A DNA stretch of 62,717 nt, from positions 1-62,717 of the forward strand of contig JBBABX010000003.1 in NCBI GenBank assembly GCA_041657405.1, written 5' to 3'. A program made the translations under genes and the position numbers. The stretch is from Minisyncoccota bacterium (lineage in GTDB: Bacteria > Patescibacteriota > Minisyncoccia > Phycocordibacterales > XYD1-FULL-46-19). The notes below the pieces were generated by a model that had not been told where the DNA came from, made no database searches, and saw only the letters and a list, made by a program, of their open reading frames with translations. Shown piece after piece: positions 10,160 to 19,449 of the stretch. Numbering within the stretch: position 1 is the stretch's first letter; each line of letters begins with the position of its first letter.

Positions 10160-11332
10160 ATGTTTTCCAACAGAACTTTTCGCCTGTTAACTTATTTCTG
10201 CGGTTTAACGATGACCTTTTCTTTTTCTTTTCCTGGTTATATTAATTCCACTTTTTTAGAAAAATTCATTAACGAACAACGGGTTGGATTAATTTTTGCC
10301 ATTAGCGCTTTTTTGTCCATCATCATAATATCTCAAGCCTCAAGATTATTTAGAATTTATGGCAATCTAAAAATTTTAGTTGTTTCAGCTATATTAACTT
10401 CTCTTGTTTTAACATTATTATCACTTGCCGAATCACCCCTCGTTGTCATTCCAACCTTCATTATCTATTACAGTTTGAGTTTTCTAGTTCGCTACGCTCT
10501 AGATGTTTATTTAGAAAATATTTCTGACGATGAAAATACCGGATTAATTCGCGGCTTTTATTTAACTTTTTTAAATATTGCTTGGCTGGTATCGCCTCTT
10601 CTGGCAGGCCTTTTGGTTGTTAGCGGAGATTATTGGAAAATTTATATTATTGCGGCAATGTCTCTTTTGCCGCTAATTACAATCGCCAGCATATTTCTTG
10701 GTGAACAAAAAAAACTCCAATACGACAACAATGGTCTTTGGCATCAAATCAAACGTTTGTGGCAAGGCAAAAATCAGACTGACCGCGATATCCGTCAAAT
10801 TTTGATTATTGATTTTTTGTTGAACTTCTTTTATGCCGTAATGGTTATCTATATGCCATTGTATTTACACGAACATCTGGGCTTAGGCTGGGACAAAATT
10901 GGGTTAGCCTTTACTGTTATGCTCGTGCCTTTTGTCATTTTGGGATTACCTTTGGGGCGAACTGCTGATCGTTGGACTGGAGAAAAAGAAATTTTATTGG
11001 GAGGTTTAATTATTTCTGGAATTGCTACTGTGGGTCTAGCTTTTATTACTTCTACTAACTGGTTGGTTTGGGCGGGGATTTTATCCACCACCAGAATTGG
11101 CGCAGCTTCAATTGAGGTAATGAAAGAAACATATTTATTTAAAAAAATTTCCGGTCTTGATACTGGTCTGATCTCTCTTTCTCGTCTAGTCGTTCCCTTT
11201 TCTTATCTAATCGGTCCAGTTTTTGCCTCACTAATACTTTTGATTTTTGACTTTAACTACATCTTTTTCTTTCTTGGCCTGTTAGTTCTTTCTGGCCTCT
11301 TTTTTGCAGCAAAATTAGAGGACACCAAGTAG
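10160..11332 (+). CDS. MFS-type transporter
   Basis: 390 aa, about 12 predicted TM segments, with a GRTADRWTGEK loop motif. Confidence 0.7.
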   Translation: MFSNRTFRLLTYFCGLTMTFSFSFPGYINSTFLEKFINEQRVGLIFAISAFLSIIIISQASRLFRIYGNLKILVVSAILTSLVLTLLSLAESPLVVIPTFIIYYSLSFLVRYALDVYLENISDDENTGLIRGFYLTFLNIAWLVSPLLAGLLVVSGDYWKIYIIAAMSLLPLITIASIFLGEQKKLQYDNNGLWHQIKRLWQGKNQTDRDIRQILIIDFLLNFFYAVMVIYMPLYLHEHLGLGWDKIGLAFTVMLVPFVILGLPLGRTADRWTGEKEILLGGLIISGIATVGLAFITSTNWLVWAGILSTTRIGAASIEVMKETYLFKKISGLDTGLISLSRLVVPFSYLIGPVFASLILLIFDFNYIFFFLGLLVLSGLFFAAKLEDTK

Positions 11333-11344
11333 AAAGTTCTCTCC

Positions 11345-11381
11345 TAATCTCCCAAAAATTCGCCCGATTTTTGGGAGATTA
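11345..11381. repeat. Copy 1 of a 37-38 bp palindromic terminator-like repeat
   Basis: TAATCTCCCAAAAATTCGCCCGATTTTTGGGAGATTA, between convergent genes. Related copies lie at 21121..21158 and 24741..24778. Confidence 0.9.
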
Positions 11382-11480
11382 AAAGTATTAAATGAACCTT
11401 CCTAACTCCCCCTCACATAGCCAACCGCTTTTCTCATAAAACCCCCAACTAAGGTTGGGGGTAGAAAACAAAAAAAGATC

Positions 11481-11957
11481 TCAAGACTTCAGTTGCTCCT
11501 TCAAAATAGAAACCACCATCTTGGCGACCGTTGGCGCGGGAGAATAGATTATCCCCGATCCTCCAATCTTCCTAAGCCTTTTAAAGATGAACCCTTTGGG
11601 ATAAAGGAAAAGCTGATCATAACCAAGGCTTTGGTCAATCGCGACTCCTCCTCTTTTCCCTTCGTGTCCGAGAGTCACGTTAATCTCAAATTTAATTCCA
11701 AAGTTTTCGCCTTGGTCCCCATCCACACTTGACAATCTTAAGTAAAAACTCAAAACTTGGTCAGGCCGAAGCTCATCTCTGAGCAATTTTTCAACCCTGA
11801 TCATAAAAATCGATATTTTTGACATCATCACTCCAAAGTCTTCAAGCGACGATGAAGGAATCTGACAAGAGCCGACTAATCCCTCTACCGGAAATGATAA
11901 AGAAATTTTCATTGGCTTAAGCCAAAGAGCTGATCTAGAAACAATTTTCTCTGTCAT
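11481..11957 (-). CDS. Hypothetical protein (158 aa)
   Basis: ORF track; followed on the minus strand by the hairpin ACCCCCAACcttaGTTGGGGGT (11441..11462) plus T residues. Confidence 0.55.
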   Translation of the reverse strand: MTEKIVSRSALWLKPMKISLSFPVEGLVGSCQIPSSSLEDFGVMMSKISIFMIRVEKLLRDELRPDQVLSFYLRLSSVDGDQGENFGIKFEINVTLGHEGKRGGVAIDQSLGYDQLFLYPKGFIFKRLRKIGGSGIIYSPAPTVAKMVVSILKEQLKS

Positions 11958-12098
11958 TTTTTGCCTCTCTTTTTTGTTTATTCTTGATGTTGAAAGTTCA
12001 TTTCTAATTCAAAACTAACACAAAAAAAACCAAGCATCAATAGATTGGGCACCAGGAAATCGGGCTCTTCTTTTTCTTTCGAAAAAGACTAACCTTTG

Positions 12099-15056
12099 TT
12101 AATCCAACGTATATTTCATTAATTGACAGTATTCACACTTGGGATCATTACAAGTTTCTGTCAAAATGCGTCCAGTCCAAACACTTTCCATCAAAGTTTT
12201 AATTTCCTTTTTAATTTTTGTCACATCTTCAGTTGTAATTGGAACCGACACGATTGGACAACGTCCCTTAGCATCCGGTTTGACAAACACCAAAGCAGGC
12301 TCAATTTTTTTTCCACGATAAAAAGAACTCTCAGATAACAAAATTTTATAAAAAATCAACTGGCGAAAATAATTACCGTCATCATTTTTGGTCTCACCCT
12401 TAATCGCCGCCTCACTCATTGATAATTTTGTTTTGTAATCAAAAACCATAACCTGTTCTTGTGTATCAATAATCGCATCCATCTTGCCATGCAAACGCAA
12501 CTCCACCAACTGACCATCAATCTCGGTTTTAAACTTTGTCTCTACCCATTTCTCAGCAGCAGTTACACCCCTTGTTTGGAAATGAGGCCAAAGCGCCGTT
12601 GCAACCTTGGGTGCCGCCAAAATAAGTTCTTCTAAGGCTAATTCCTTGTCAGATAATGGCAAAAGCGAGTGTTCAAAATAATTACGCAAAGAAATCTTTA
12701 AAGTTTCTGTAATTTTTTCTTCCGTTTTTTCTGGTAAAGCCCATACTGCCGCCAATGCTTCGTGCATTGCGTTACCCCTTTCGGCTGGCACAGCCGGCGG
12801 TTCTGGCACTTTCAAAATACTTTTAAAAAAGAATTTGCTTGGACATTCACAAAAATGATTTAGGGCCGTTACCGACAAACCTTTTTCCAACAAAATATTT
12901 TTGGCATATTCTGCTATTTGTAAATTACTCTGACGAGCTAAATTGGATAGGGTAACTAGTGGTGGTTTTTCTACCAAAATTGGCAAATTAACGCGCGCCA
13001 CATTCTCTTGGTCCAGTTCATCAATAAAACGCAGAGGGGTTAGGATTCTTTTCATTCCATCTTCCAAACCAACAATTATGGACACTTGCCGACGCGCCCG
13101 CGTGAGCGCGACATAAAACAAACGCCGCGAGTCACGTAAGTCATCATTTTCTTCTTTGCCTTCTGGTAATAAAAAATAATTACCATAACCACGTGACATC
13201 CAAGACTCCTCTGTTGCATAAGGCAAGAAAACATAATCAAATTCCAAACCCTTGGAACCATGCGCTGTCATTACCCGCACTCGTGCTTCGCCAAAACCAG
13301 CCATAATTTTGACGCTCTTATTTTCGGCTGTTTGCCGAAAAGCAAGCATTGCTTGAATCAATAAAATCGGGTCCTCTATTCTTTGCGTCTGAGCCAAATC
13401 TTGTCCCAGCGAAATGATTGACCGCCACACTTCCATTGCGAGCGGGTCACTAATTGCCAAGTTAACTAAGCCAGATTCTTCGCCAGCCAAAATTAGAAAC
13501 TCTATCACTCCAGTTGTTATCATTTTTTTTTGCAACGTTACCAGTCGTGGTATTTTTTTGTCCAAGTCTCTAAAATTGCCACTTCGAATATTTTTTATCA
13601 ATTCCGCCCGCGCCGACAAGCTAAGTCCCCACAACCCGCCCGACAAAACATACGCTAATGATTCCACCTTAGACGTATCAGCCAAATATTCCACCAAGGC
13701 AAAAAATAATCGCCCTAACGAATGCCCAAACACATCAGTTCCTCGTTCGGCCGCCGCTGGCACTCCCGCCAACTCAAGGACTCGCAAGGCACTTTCAACA
13801 TCGCGGTTAGTTTTAACAATAACAGCCACCGTTGCCTGCTTATCGTCAGCCAAAATTTTTTTTATTTCATCGACTAAATATTTTTCCGCTGCCGATGAGT
13901 TACCCGCCATTATCACTTCTAATGGTTCTGACTTTTCACCATTGGCAGATTTTAGTCTGATTCTCAATTCCGGATGTTCTCCTTCTTGATAGTTATTTTC
14001 TATCAAACCAAAACAGGCATCTAAAATCCCCTGATGTGACCGATAGTTGTTTTCCAAAGAAATAATTTTCATTGTTGGCCAAAGACTCTGAAATCGCAAA
14101 AAGTTTTGCACCGACGCTCCCTGAAAACGATAGATCGCCTGTTTCTCGTCACCTACCACAAACAGGTTTGGTTCTTTATAAAAATCGGCAATTTTTTTGA
14201 TTAAGACATTTTGTGCATCATTGGTGTCTTGATGCTCATCCACCAAAAGATAAAGGTATTTTTCCTGAATCAAACGCAACAACAGTTCATCTTGCTCCAA
14301 GGCTTGCGTCAACTCAAAAATAAGATCGTCAAAGTCAATTCGTCTCTCATTTTTTTTCTTCTCTTCATAGGCGGCATAAACTTCGGCAAAAATCTTGGTC
14401 TTTTCGGCTTTTTCAATTTTTTTCAAAACCTCGGCCTTGAGTTTGCCTTTAGTCGCACCCCGGCTAGAGATAGAAGTTGGATCGTTTGTTATCATATCTA
14501 TCTGCGAGATGGCAAAATTAGCAATCATTTCTGGAGTCCAAGCTTCTTTGCGACAATCACTAATCACCTTAATTATTTTACCCACATAAAAATCTGGATC
14601 ACCAAGCGGTCGCAAACTGAAAAACTTTTTGTTACGCAAAATCTCGCGAATAATTATTTCAGCCTCAACGTCGGTTAATTGTTTGACTTGTCGTAGGTGC
14701 GGAAAATGTTCGGCAAATTCGGCGATAATCGCCGATGCGAAACCGTGATAAGTATAAACTCCAATTTCGTCCGCTGCCGAACCAATAAATTGTCGCAACT
14801 TGAAACGCATCGCTTTTTGACCAGCCTCGGTAAAAGTTAGCGCCAAAATACCAGATGGCGGAGTATCAGTTTTATAAAGAATATTGGCGACACGTAGAGC
14901 TAAAATTTGTGTTTTGCCAGTACCGGGTCCCGCAATAACCATGACCGGACCCTCAATGGTGTCAACAGCCTCTTTTTGAGCCGGGTTGAGTTGTTTGTAG
15001 GCCTCCTCAAATCTTAACCAGTATTCTTCTCTTTGCTGTGTTAAATTTTTTACCAT
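12099..15056 (-). CDS. UvrD/PcrA-family helicase fused to a C-terminal PD-(D/E)XK (AddB/Cas4-like, Fe-S) nuclease domain
   Basis: 985 aa; Walker A GPGTGKT, DEHQDT, a TAHGSKGLEFDYVF helicase motif, and C-terminal cysteines (FCECP ... CNDPKCEYC). Confidence 0.85.
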   Translation of the reverse strand: MVKNLTQQREEYWLRFEEAYKQLNPAQKEAVDTIEGPVMVIAGPGTGKTQILALRVANILYKTDTPPSGILALTFTEAGQKAMRFKLRQFIGSAADEIGVYTYHGFASAIIAEFAEHFPHLRQVKQLTDVEAEIIIREILRNKKFFSLRPLGDPDFYVGKIIKVISDCRKEAWTPEMIANFAISQIDMITNDPTSISSRGATKGKLKAEVLKKIEKAEKTKIFAEVYAAYEEKKKNERRIDFDDLIFELTQALEQDELLLRLIQEKYLYLLVDEHQDTNDAQNVLIKKIADFYKEPNLFVVGDEKQAIYRFQGASVQNFLRFQSLWPTMKIISLENNYRSHQGILDACFGLIENNYQEGEHPELRIRLKSANGEKSEPLEVIMAGNSSAAEKYLVDEIKKILADDKQATVAVIVKTNRDVESALRVLELAGVPAAAERGTDVFGHSLGRLFFALVEYLADTSKVESLAYVLSGGLWGLSLSARAELIKNIRSGNFRDLDKKIPRLVTLQKKMITTGVIEFLILAGEESGLVNLAISDPLAMEVWRSIISLGQDLAQTQRIEDPILLIQAMLAFRQTAENKSVKIMAGFGEARVRVMTAHGSKGLEFDYVFLPYATEESWMSRGYGNYFLLPEGKEENDDLRDSRRLFYVALTRARRQVSIIVGLEDGMKRILTPLRFIDELDQENVARVNLPILVEKPPLVTLSNLARQSNLQIAEYAKNILLEKGLSVTALNHFCECPSKFFFKSILKVPEPPAVPAERGNAMHEALAAVWALPEKTEEKITETLKISLRNYFEHSLLPLSDKELALEELILAAPKVATALWPHFQTRGVTAAEKWVETKFKTEIDGQLVELRLHGKMDAIIDTQEQVMVFDYKTKLSMSEAAIKGETKNDDGNYFRQLIFYKILLSESSFYRGKKIEPALVFVKPDAKGRCPIVSVPITTEDVTKIKKEIKTLMESVWTGRILTETCNDPKCEYCQLMKYTLD

Positions 15057-15092
15057 ATGTAAATTATAACATTTTCAAGCCTTTTTCATCTC

Positions 15093-15218
15093 TTGCATTT
15101 TAAATCTATCTATGCTATAATTAAAAATAGAGTCATCATAACCATTTATAAAGCCGACCGCAGCGTTTCATTTTTATCTAGTTATAGCCTAAGATAATTT
15201 GCTGCAGTCGGTCTTTTT
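15093..15218 (+). ncRNA. Candidate small RNA unit: consensus-like promoter followed by a long hairpin and U-tract
   Basis: TTGCAT (15093..15098), a 17-nt spacer, then TATAAT (15116..15121). A 12-bp stem pairs 15153..15164 with 15201..15212 (one mismatch, one G-U), followed by CTTTTT. Confidence 0.3.
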
Positions 15219-15328
15219 ATTTGCGTAAAAAATAACAGTTTTCGTCTCTTTCAATTTTTTGTGATAAAATACAAAGATAAAATTTAAAATCTAAAAACAA
15301 AAATTTAAGAAATTAATCAAAATTAATT

Positions 15329-15778
15329 ATGTTACATCAACAAATCAAAGAAGAAGTCAAAAAATCAATGCTCGCGCGAGATACAGAGCGTTTGACTGCC
15401 GCGCGAAATATTTTAGCCTCTTTTACAAATGAATTAGTCGCCAAAAAACAAAAACCTGACGAAATACTCCCAGACGATGACGCACTTACTGTTTTGAAAC
15501 GCCTTGCCAAACAACGCAAAGACTCTATTGAACAATTTACTCTCGGCAATCGCCCCGAAATGGCCGCCGCCGAAACTAAAGAGCTTGCTTTTATAGAAAG
15601 TTTCCTACCAGCCCAAATGTCACACGAAGAAATCAAAAAAATTGCCGAGCAAAAAAAGACCGAGTTAGGAATTAACGACAAGAGCCAACTTGGTCAATTG
15701 ATGGGGATAGTAATGAAAGAGACCAAGGGACAGGCTGACGGATTAATCGTCAAAGAAATATTAGAGGGACTTTTCTAA
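15329..15778 (+). CDS. yqeY: GatB/YqeY domain protein
   Basis: 149 aa; IKEEVKKSMLARD...LKRLAKQRKDSIEQF... is typical of YqeY. Confidence 0.85.
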   Translation: MLHQQIKEEVKKSMLARDTERLTAARNILASFTNELVAKKQKPDEILPDDDALTVLKRLAKQRKDSIEQFTLGNRPEMAAAETKELAFIESFLPAQMSHEEIKKIAEQKKTELGINDKSQLGQLMGIVMKETKGQADGLIVKEILEGLF

Positions 15779-15793
15779 GTTTGATAAAAATAA

Positions 15794-16000
15794 TTAAACA
15801 GTTTTTTTAAATAACCGGAAAAACGGTCTAATAGCAAAAACGAAAAACAAAATCCCATACCAATACCACTCAAGACTCAAAATATCGGGCCATAATTTAG
15901 CAACCGCCAAGATAAAAAAAACAACACTTAATTTGATAGACGCAACGTCTTTCCAATCAAAATTTCTAATAGCATTATTAGCCCAAGAAAAAATAGACAT
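15794..16000 (-). CDS. Small membrane protein, hypothetical
   Basis: 68 aa with two hydrophobic segments. Confidence 0.4.
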   Translation of the reverse strand: MSIFSWANNAIRNFDWKDVASIKLSVVFFILAVAKLWPDILSLEWYWYGILFFVFAIRPFFRLFKKTV

Positions 16001-16044
16001 AAATTTATAAAAAATTAACTGTTAATAAAATCCCCAGCGACCAC

Positions 16045-16572
16045 TTATATTATCTCATTTTTTAACGAAAATTTATACCTTTTGTTTTTCCAAATCTCGC
16101 CGGCATAATCCACGCCAGTTCTAGGTGTCCGAACAATTTTTTGGGGCGGTGATTCCCTCTTTCGGTCCTCAAACCACAGGCCAGTTTCACGCGTAGCTGG
16201 TTGATTGTTAAATTTTTTATCTATAGCAAATTTTCCCGTCAAACGTCCTGGTCCCCTTGTTTCTCTTGTCGCCCTAATCAAAATTGCGGCCGGATAATCC
16301 CGATCTCCAGTCACGATATTGAGCATTTGATACATCCCATAACAAAGATAGACATAAAAAATTCCCCCCGCTTCAAACATTGGAGCAGTCCGCAACGTTT
16401 TGCCCTTGCTGGCGTGACTGGCTTTGTCTTTTGGCCCGTCATAAATTTCCACTTCAGTAATCATTTCCGCTAAAACTCGGCCATCATTAAACCGCCTGAC
16501 TAAATATTTACCCAATAAATCTTTTGCCACTTCTGGTGTTGAACGTTGAAAAAATCTTTTGCCAAGAATCAT
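16045..16572 (-). CDS. mpg: DNA-3-methyladenine glycosylase (Mpg/AAG family)
   Basis: 175 aa; EVEIYDGPKDKASHA, GGIFYVYLCYGMYQMLN, and RTPRTGVDYAG at the C-terminus. Confidence 0.85.
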   Translation of the reverse strand: MILGKRFFQRSTPEVAKDLLGKYLVRRFNDGRVLAEMITEVEIYDGPKDKASHASKGKTLRTAPMFEAGGIFYVYLCYGMYQMLNIVTGDRDYPAAILIRATRETRGPGRLTGKFAIDKKFNNQPATRETGLWFEDRKRESPPQKIVRTPRTGVDYAGEIWKNKRYKFSLKNEII

Positions 16573-16598
16573 AATAAAAAGTACCCTTACAAAATAGC

Positions 16599-17273
16599 CT
16601 AGACCAACGGCACAAATATAAATCCTTCAAAATCTTCTGTCATTAAATTGTTTTCACTTCTCTTTCTAAATAATCTTATCCTAGAACCTGCGGGAATAAT
16701 TAATCGACCGCCAATTTTTAATTGGGCCAACCATTTGTTTAGAACATTTGATTTTGGAGAGTCATTTGTTATCTCAAGCGCTGCGGCCGCGATGATATTA
16801 TCATAAGGCGCTTTCTCAGCGTAACCATTTCTAGCATTTAGACAATAGTATTCGACAATTCCTTTTTTGAGATACTCATATTTCGCCAGGTTGCGACGTC
16901 CCAAATCACAAATTTCTGGCAATATTTCCAAACTGATTACATACCCTCTTTCATTAGGAAGTAATTCTTTGCCTTCATCATCATGACTAACTACAAAGCC
17001 AAGCAGAGCAGCTTGCCAACCAGAACCGGCGCCAAGATCCAAAATTTTATCACCTGGTTGAGGAGCTAAAAGCTCAAGCATAAATGCAACCGTCAAGGGT
17101 TGAGAGATAGTCTGCCCACACAAAGTTGGCAGGGGTTGATTGAGATAAGCACGATTGCGATTTTCTGGAGTAACAAAATCTAGACGATCTACCTTATAAA
17201 AAGCTCTTATCAACCGCGGCGTTTTCAAGACTCCGGCATCAATCAACTCTTTAGTTAATATCTGCTGGTTCAC
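16599..17273 (-). CDS. pcm: Protein-L-isoaspartate O-methyltransferase
   Basis: 224 aa; GQTISQPLTVAFMLELL and a DLGAGSGWQAALL SAM-binding motif. Confidence 0.85.
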   Translation of the reverse strand: MNQQILTKELIDAGVLKTPRLIRAFYKVDRLDFVTPENRNRAYLNQPLPTLCGQTISQPLTVAFMLELLAPQPGDKILDLGAGSGWQAALLGFVVSHDDEGKELLPNERGYVISLEILPEICDLGRRNLAKYEYLKKGIVEYYCLNARNGYAEKAPYDNIIAAAALEITNDSPKSNVLNKWLAQLKIGGRLIIPAGSRIRLFRKRSENNLMTEDFEGFIFVPLV

Positions 17274-17366
17274 CTCTTCACTCTAAAACGAAAAAAACAA
17301 AAAGTAAAGAATTTTCTATCATTTTGATTTTATCTTTAAATTTTTGTCTCCTCTCTAAATTTTTTT

Positions 17367-18278
17367 CTAAAACTTAATTTTCTTTAAATCTTCAAACGCT
17401 TTTTCTGATTCAATTTTCCCCAACAAAATTCGTCCTAAAGTAAACAAGATGGGTAATTTTTTAACTCTTTTTTGACCAATTATTTTAATCAAAAGAGGCA
17501 GGGAAACAGCACTTTCACTTTTGGTGAGAACTGAATTATATTTCGCCAAATCAATCCCTGTTTGTCTGTTTGAAGAATCCCCACTACTAACCGTAGCAAA
17601 AAAATCTGCTAAAATTGCCGTTTCAAATAAAGTCTTTTTTTGCCCCCCCAACCAAACAATTAATTTTGACATTTCTCCTATTGCTTCAGCCATTAAAAGC
17701 CCTTTCTCGTTACAACCCCAACCAAGACCGCTAGCTACTCCCAAAGCTAAAGCGTAAATGTTTTTTAACACACCAGCAACCGCTGCGCCGTGAATATCGT
17801 TAATAGGAGTTACGTTAATAGAAGTCTCCGCAAAAAGATTTTTCACCTGGTTGTTTGCTTTTTTGCTTGAAGAAGCAGCGACAGCCACACCTCCTTGACC
17901 AGACATCAATTCTTCAGCAATCATTGCCCCCGAAAGCATTACCGCTGGCACTCCAGAAGGTAAAGATTTTTTCAATATCTCATCAACAAACATTTTATTA
18001 TTTTCATTAATGCCCTTAGACACCGAAACCGCAATCGTGCTTTTAGAAAAATATGGCACCGCAAAAGCCAAGGCTTCGCTTAGTGACCATGAAGGAACGC
18101 AAAAAAAGACGGTTTCCGTTTGTCTTAAGGCTTCTGGTAATGACAGACATTGCTCACCCATATCAAAAACTAGATTTTCGTTTTTATCCCAATAGGTAAT
18201 TTGATGTCCAGCTGAAGATAAAATTTTGCCTATCGCCCGACCAATCTCGCCAACGCCAATTATTGTAACTTTTGCCAT
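17367..18278 (-). CDS. gpsA: NAD(P)H-dependent glycerol-3-phosphate dehydrogenase
   Basis: MAKVTIIGVGEIGRAIG Rossmann N-terminus and GVLKNIYALALG. The start is taken at the internal Met (the ORF track extends to 18308). Confidence 0.75.
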   Translation of the reverse strand: MAKVTIIGVGEIGRAIGKILSSAGHQITYWDKNENLVFDMGEQCLSLPEALRQTETVFFCVPSWSLSEALAFAVPYFSKSTIAVSVSKGINENNKMFVDEILKKSLPSGVPAVMLSGAMIAEELMSGQGGVAVAASSSKKANNQVKNLFAETSINVTPINDIHGAAVAGVLKNIYALALGVASGLGWGCNEKGLLMAEAIGEMSKLIVWLGGQKKTLFETAILADFFATVSSGDSSNRQTGIDLAKYNSVLTKSESAVSLPLLIKIIGQKRVKKLPILFTLGRILLGKIESEKAFEDLKKIKF

Positions 18279-18401
18279 ATAGAAATATATTATCATAAAA
18301 TATAACAACTTTTAATTGTAATTTGACTAATTATTTTATTGAGTTAAGCTAAAAAAAGTTCTTTTGATCTTGTCTTAAAAAAAAATAATGGAGGAGAGAT
18401 T

Positions 18402-18734
18402 ATGCCTTATAAGCACAGTCGTTGTCCTGGCTGCCATAAAAAAAGACCCTTGACGAGGCATCATATTTTCCCCAGGCGACATTGGCAAGAAATCGCCAGA
18501 AATAATCGATGGAGCGGTCACCCGCCCCCACCAATTATTCTTCTTTGTCGAAAATGCCACGACAAAATTGAGGGGTTAATTCCCTATGAAATCCAACCCT
18601 ATGAATTTTACTGGGAAATAACCAAGGAATTCTTGTGCTTACTCAGTGTTGAAGAAGCTTATATGTTGGCTGGTCTACCTTTCTACTGGGGAGAAATCGG
18701 GCTAGAAAACCCCATTCTCATTGAAGCACACTAA
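18402..18734 (+). CDS. Small stand-alone HNH-type nuclease-like protein
   Basis: 110 aa; CPGC...TRHHIFPRR...CRKCHDKIE (two CxxC pairs around His residues). A GGAGG Shine-Dalgarno lies upstream and a terminator hairpin follows the stop. Confidence 0.55.
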   Translation: MPYKHSRCPGCHKKRPLTRHHIFPRRHWQEIARNNRWSGHPPPPIILLCRKCHDKIEGLIPYEIQPYEFYWEITKEFLCLLSVEEAYMLAGLPFYWGEIGLENPILIEAH

Positions 18735-18855
18735 CCAATCATACCTGGCAGAAACTTTCTGTCAGGTTATTTTTTTAATTAATAATTTACAACTTCAAAA
18801 TTGTTAATTAAAAAAACCCGCCTTTTAAAAAAGACGGGTTTTTGCGCTAGTTAAT

Positions 18856-19257
18856 TTAAACCACAATCAAACTAATACCAAAACCGACCGAGATTAGATA
18901 TAGACCAACTATTACCGCCAACACCCCTCCCAAAAAATACCAAACCTTAGTGTTAAAAATCCGAAACATTTTGTTTACCCAACGGTTTGGCATAAAGAGA
19001 TAAGCGATTCCTTCTATTGACATCGCCCAACCAAAAAAGGTGACAATCCCCGCTGGCCAAGAATTCCAAATCTGGTGTGTAACCACCAAGAACAATCCGG
19101 CAACCAATTCAACAATTGCTACGATCATTCGCAATAAGTGGTTCTCCACAAAACCGGCGAAAACCGCACTAAAATATTTGCGACGAGCAAATAGGGCAAT
19201 CCCAATAATGACCAAATAAACGCCCAAAACTTTTGCTAAAAGCATTGTAAGCTCCAT
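18856..19257 (-). CDS. Integral membrane protein, hypothetical
   Basis: 133 aa with four hydrophobic segments. Confidence 0.55.
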   Translation of the reverse strand: MELTMLLAKVLGVYLVIIGIALFARRKYFSAVFAGFVENHLLRMIVAIVELVAGLFLVVTHQIWNSWPAGIVTFFGWAMSIEGIAYLFMPNRWVNKMFRIFNTKVWYFLGGVLAVIVGLYLISVGFGISLIVV

Positions 19258-19449
19258 AATTTTTTATAAAAAATAATTAATAACTAATAAAAACTAATCT
19301 AATTTCTCTTAAAATTATAACACAGGAAAATTAGGTTTTTCAATTTTAAACATTCAACTTATCCACTTTTAACTAATTTTTGCCATTTAAACTCTTCGGG
19401 TATAATGGCAAAGATAAAATAAAATTATTACTAATAACTCTAAGCTAAA

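Noticed and set aside
17643-17649. A C7/G7 run in gpsA, and the G6 runs in groEL and elsewhere, as phase-variation sites
   Set aside because: They lie in frame within housekeeping genes and are shorter than the 8-9 nt tracts associated with surface genes. They are most likely just Gly/Pro codon runs.
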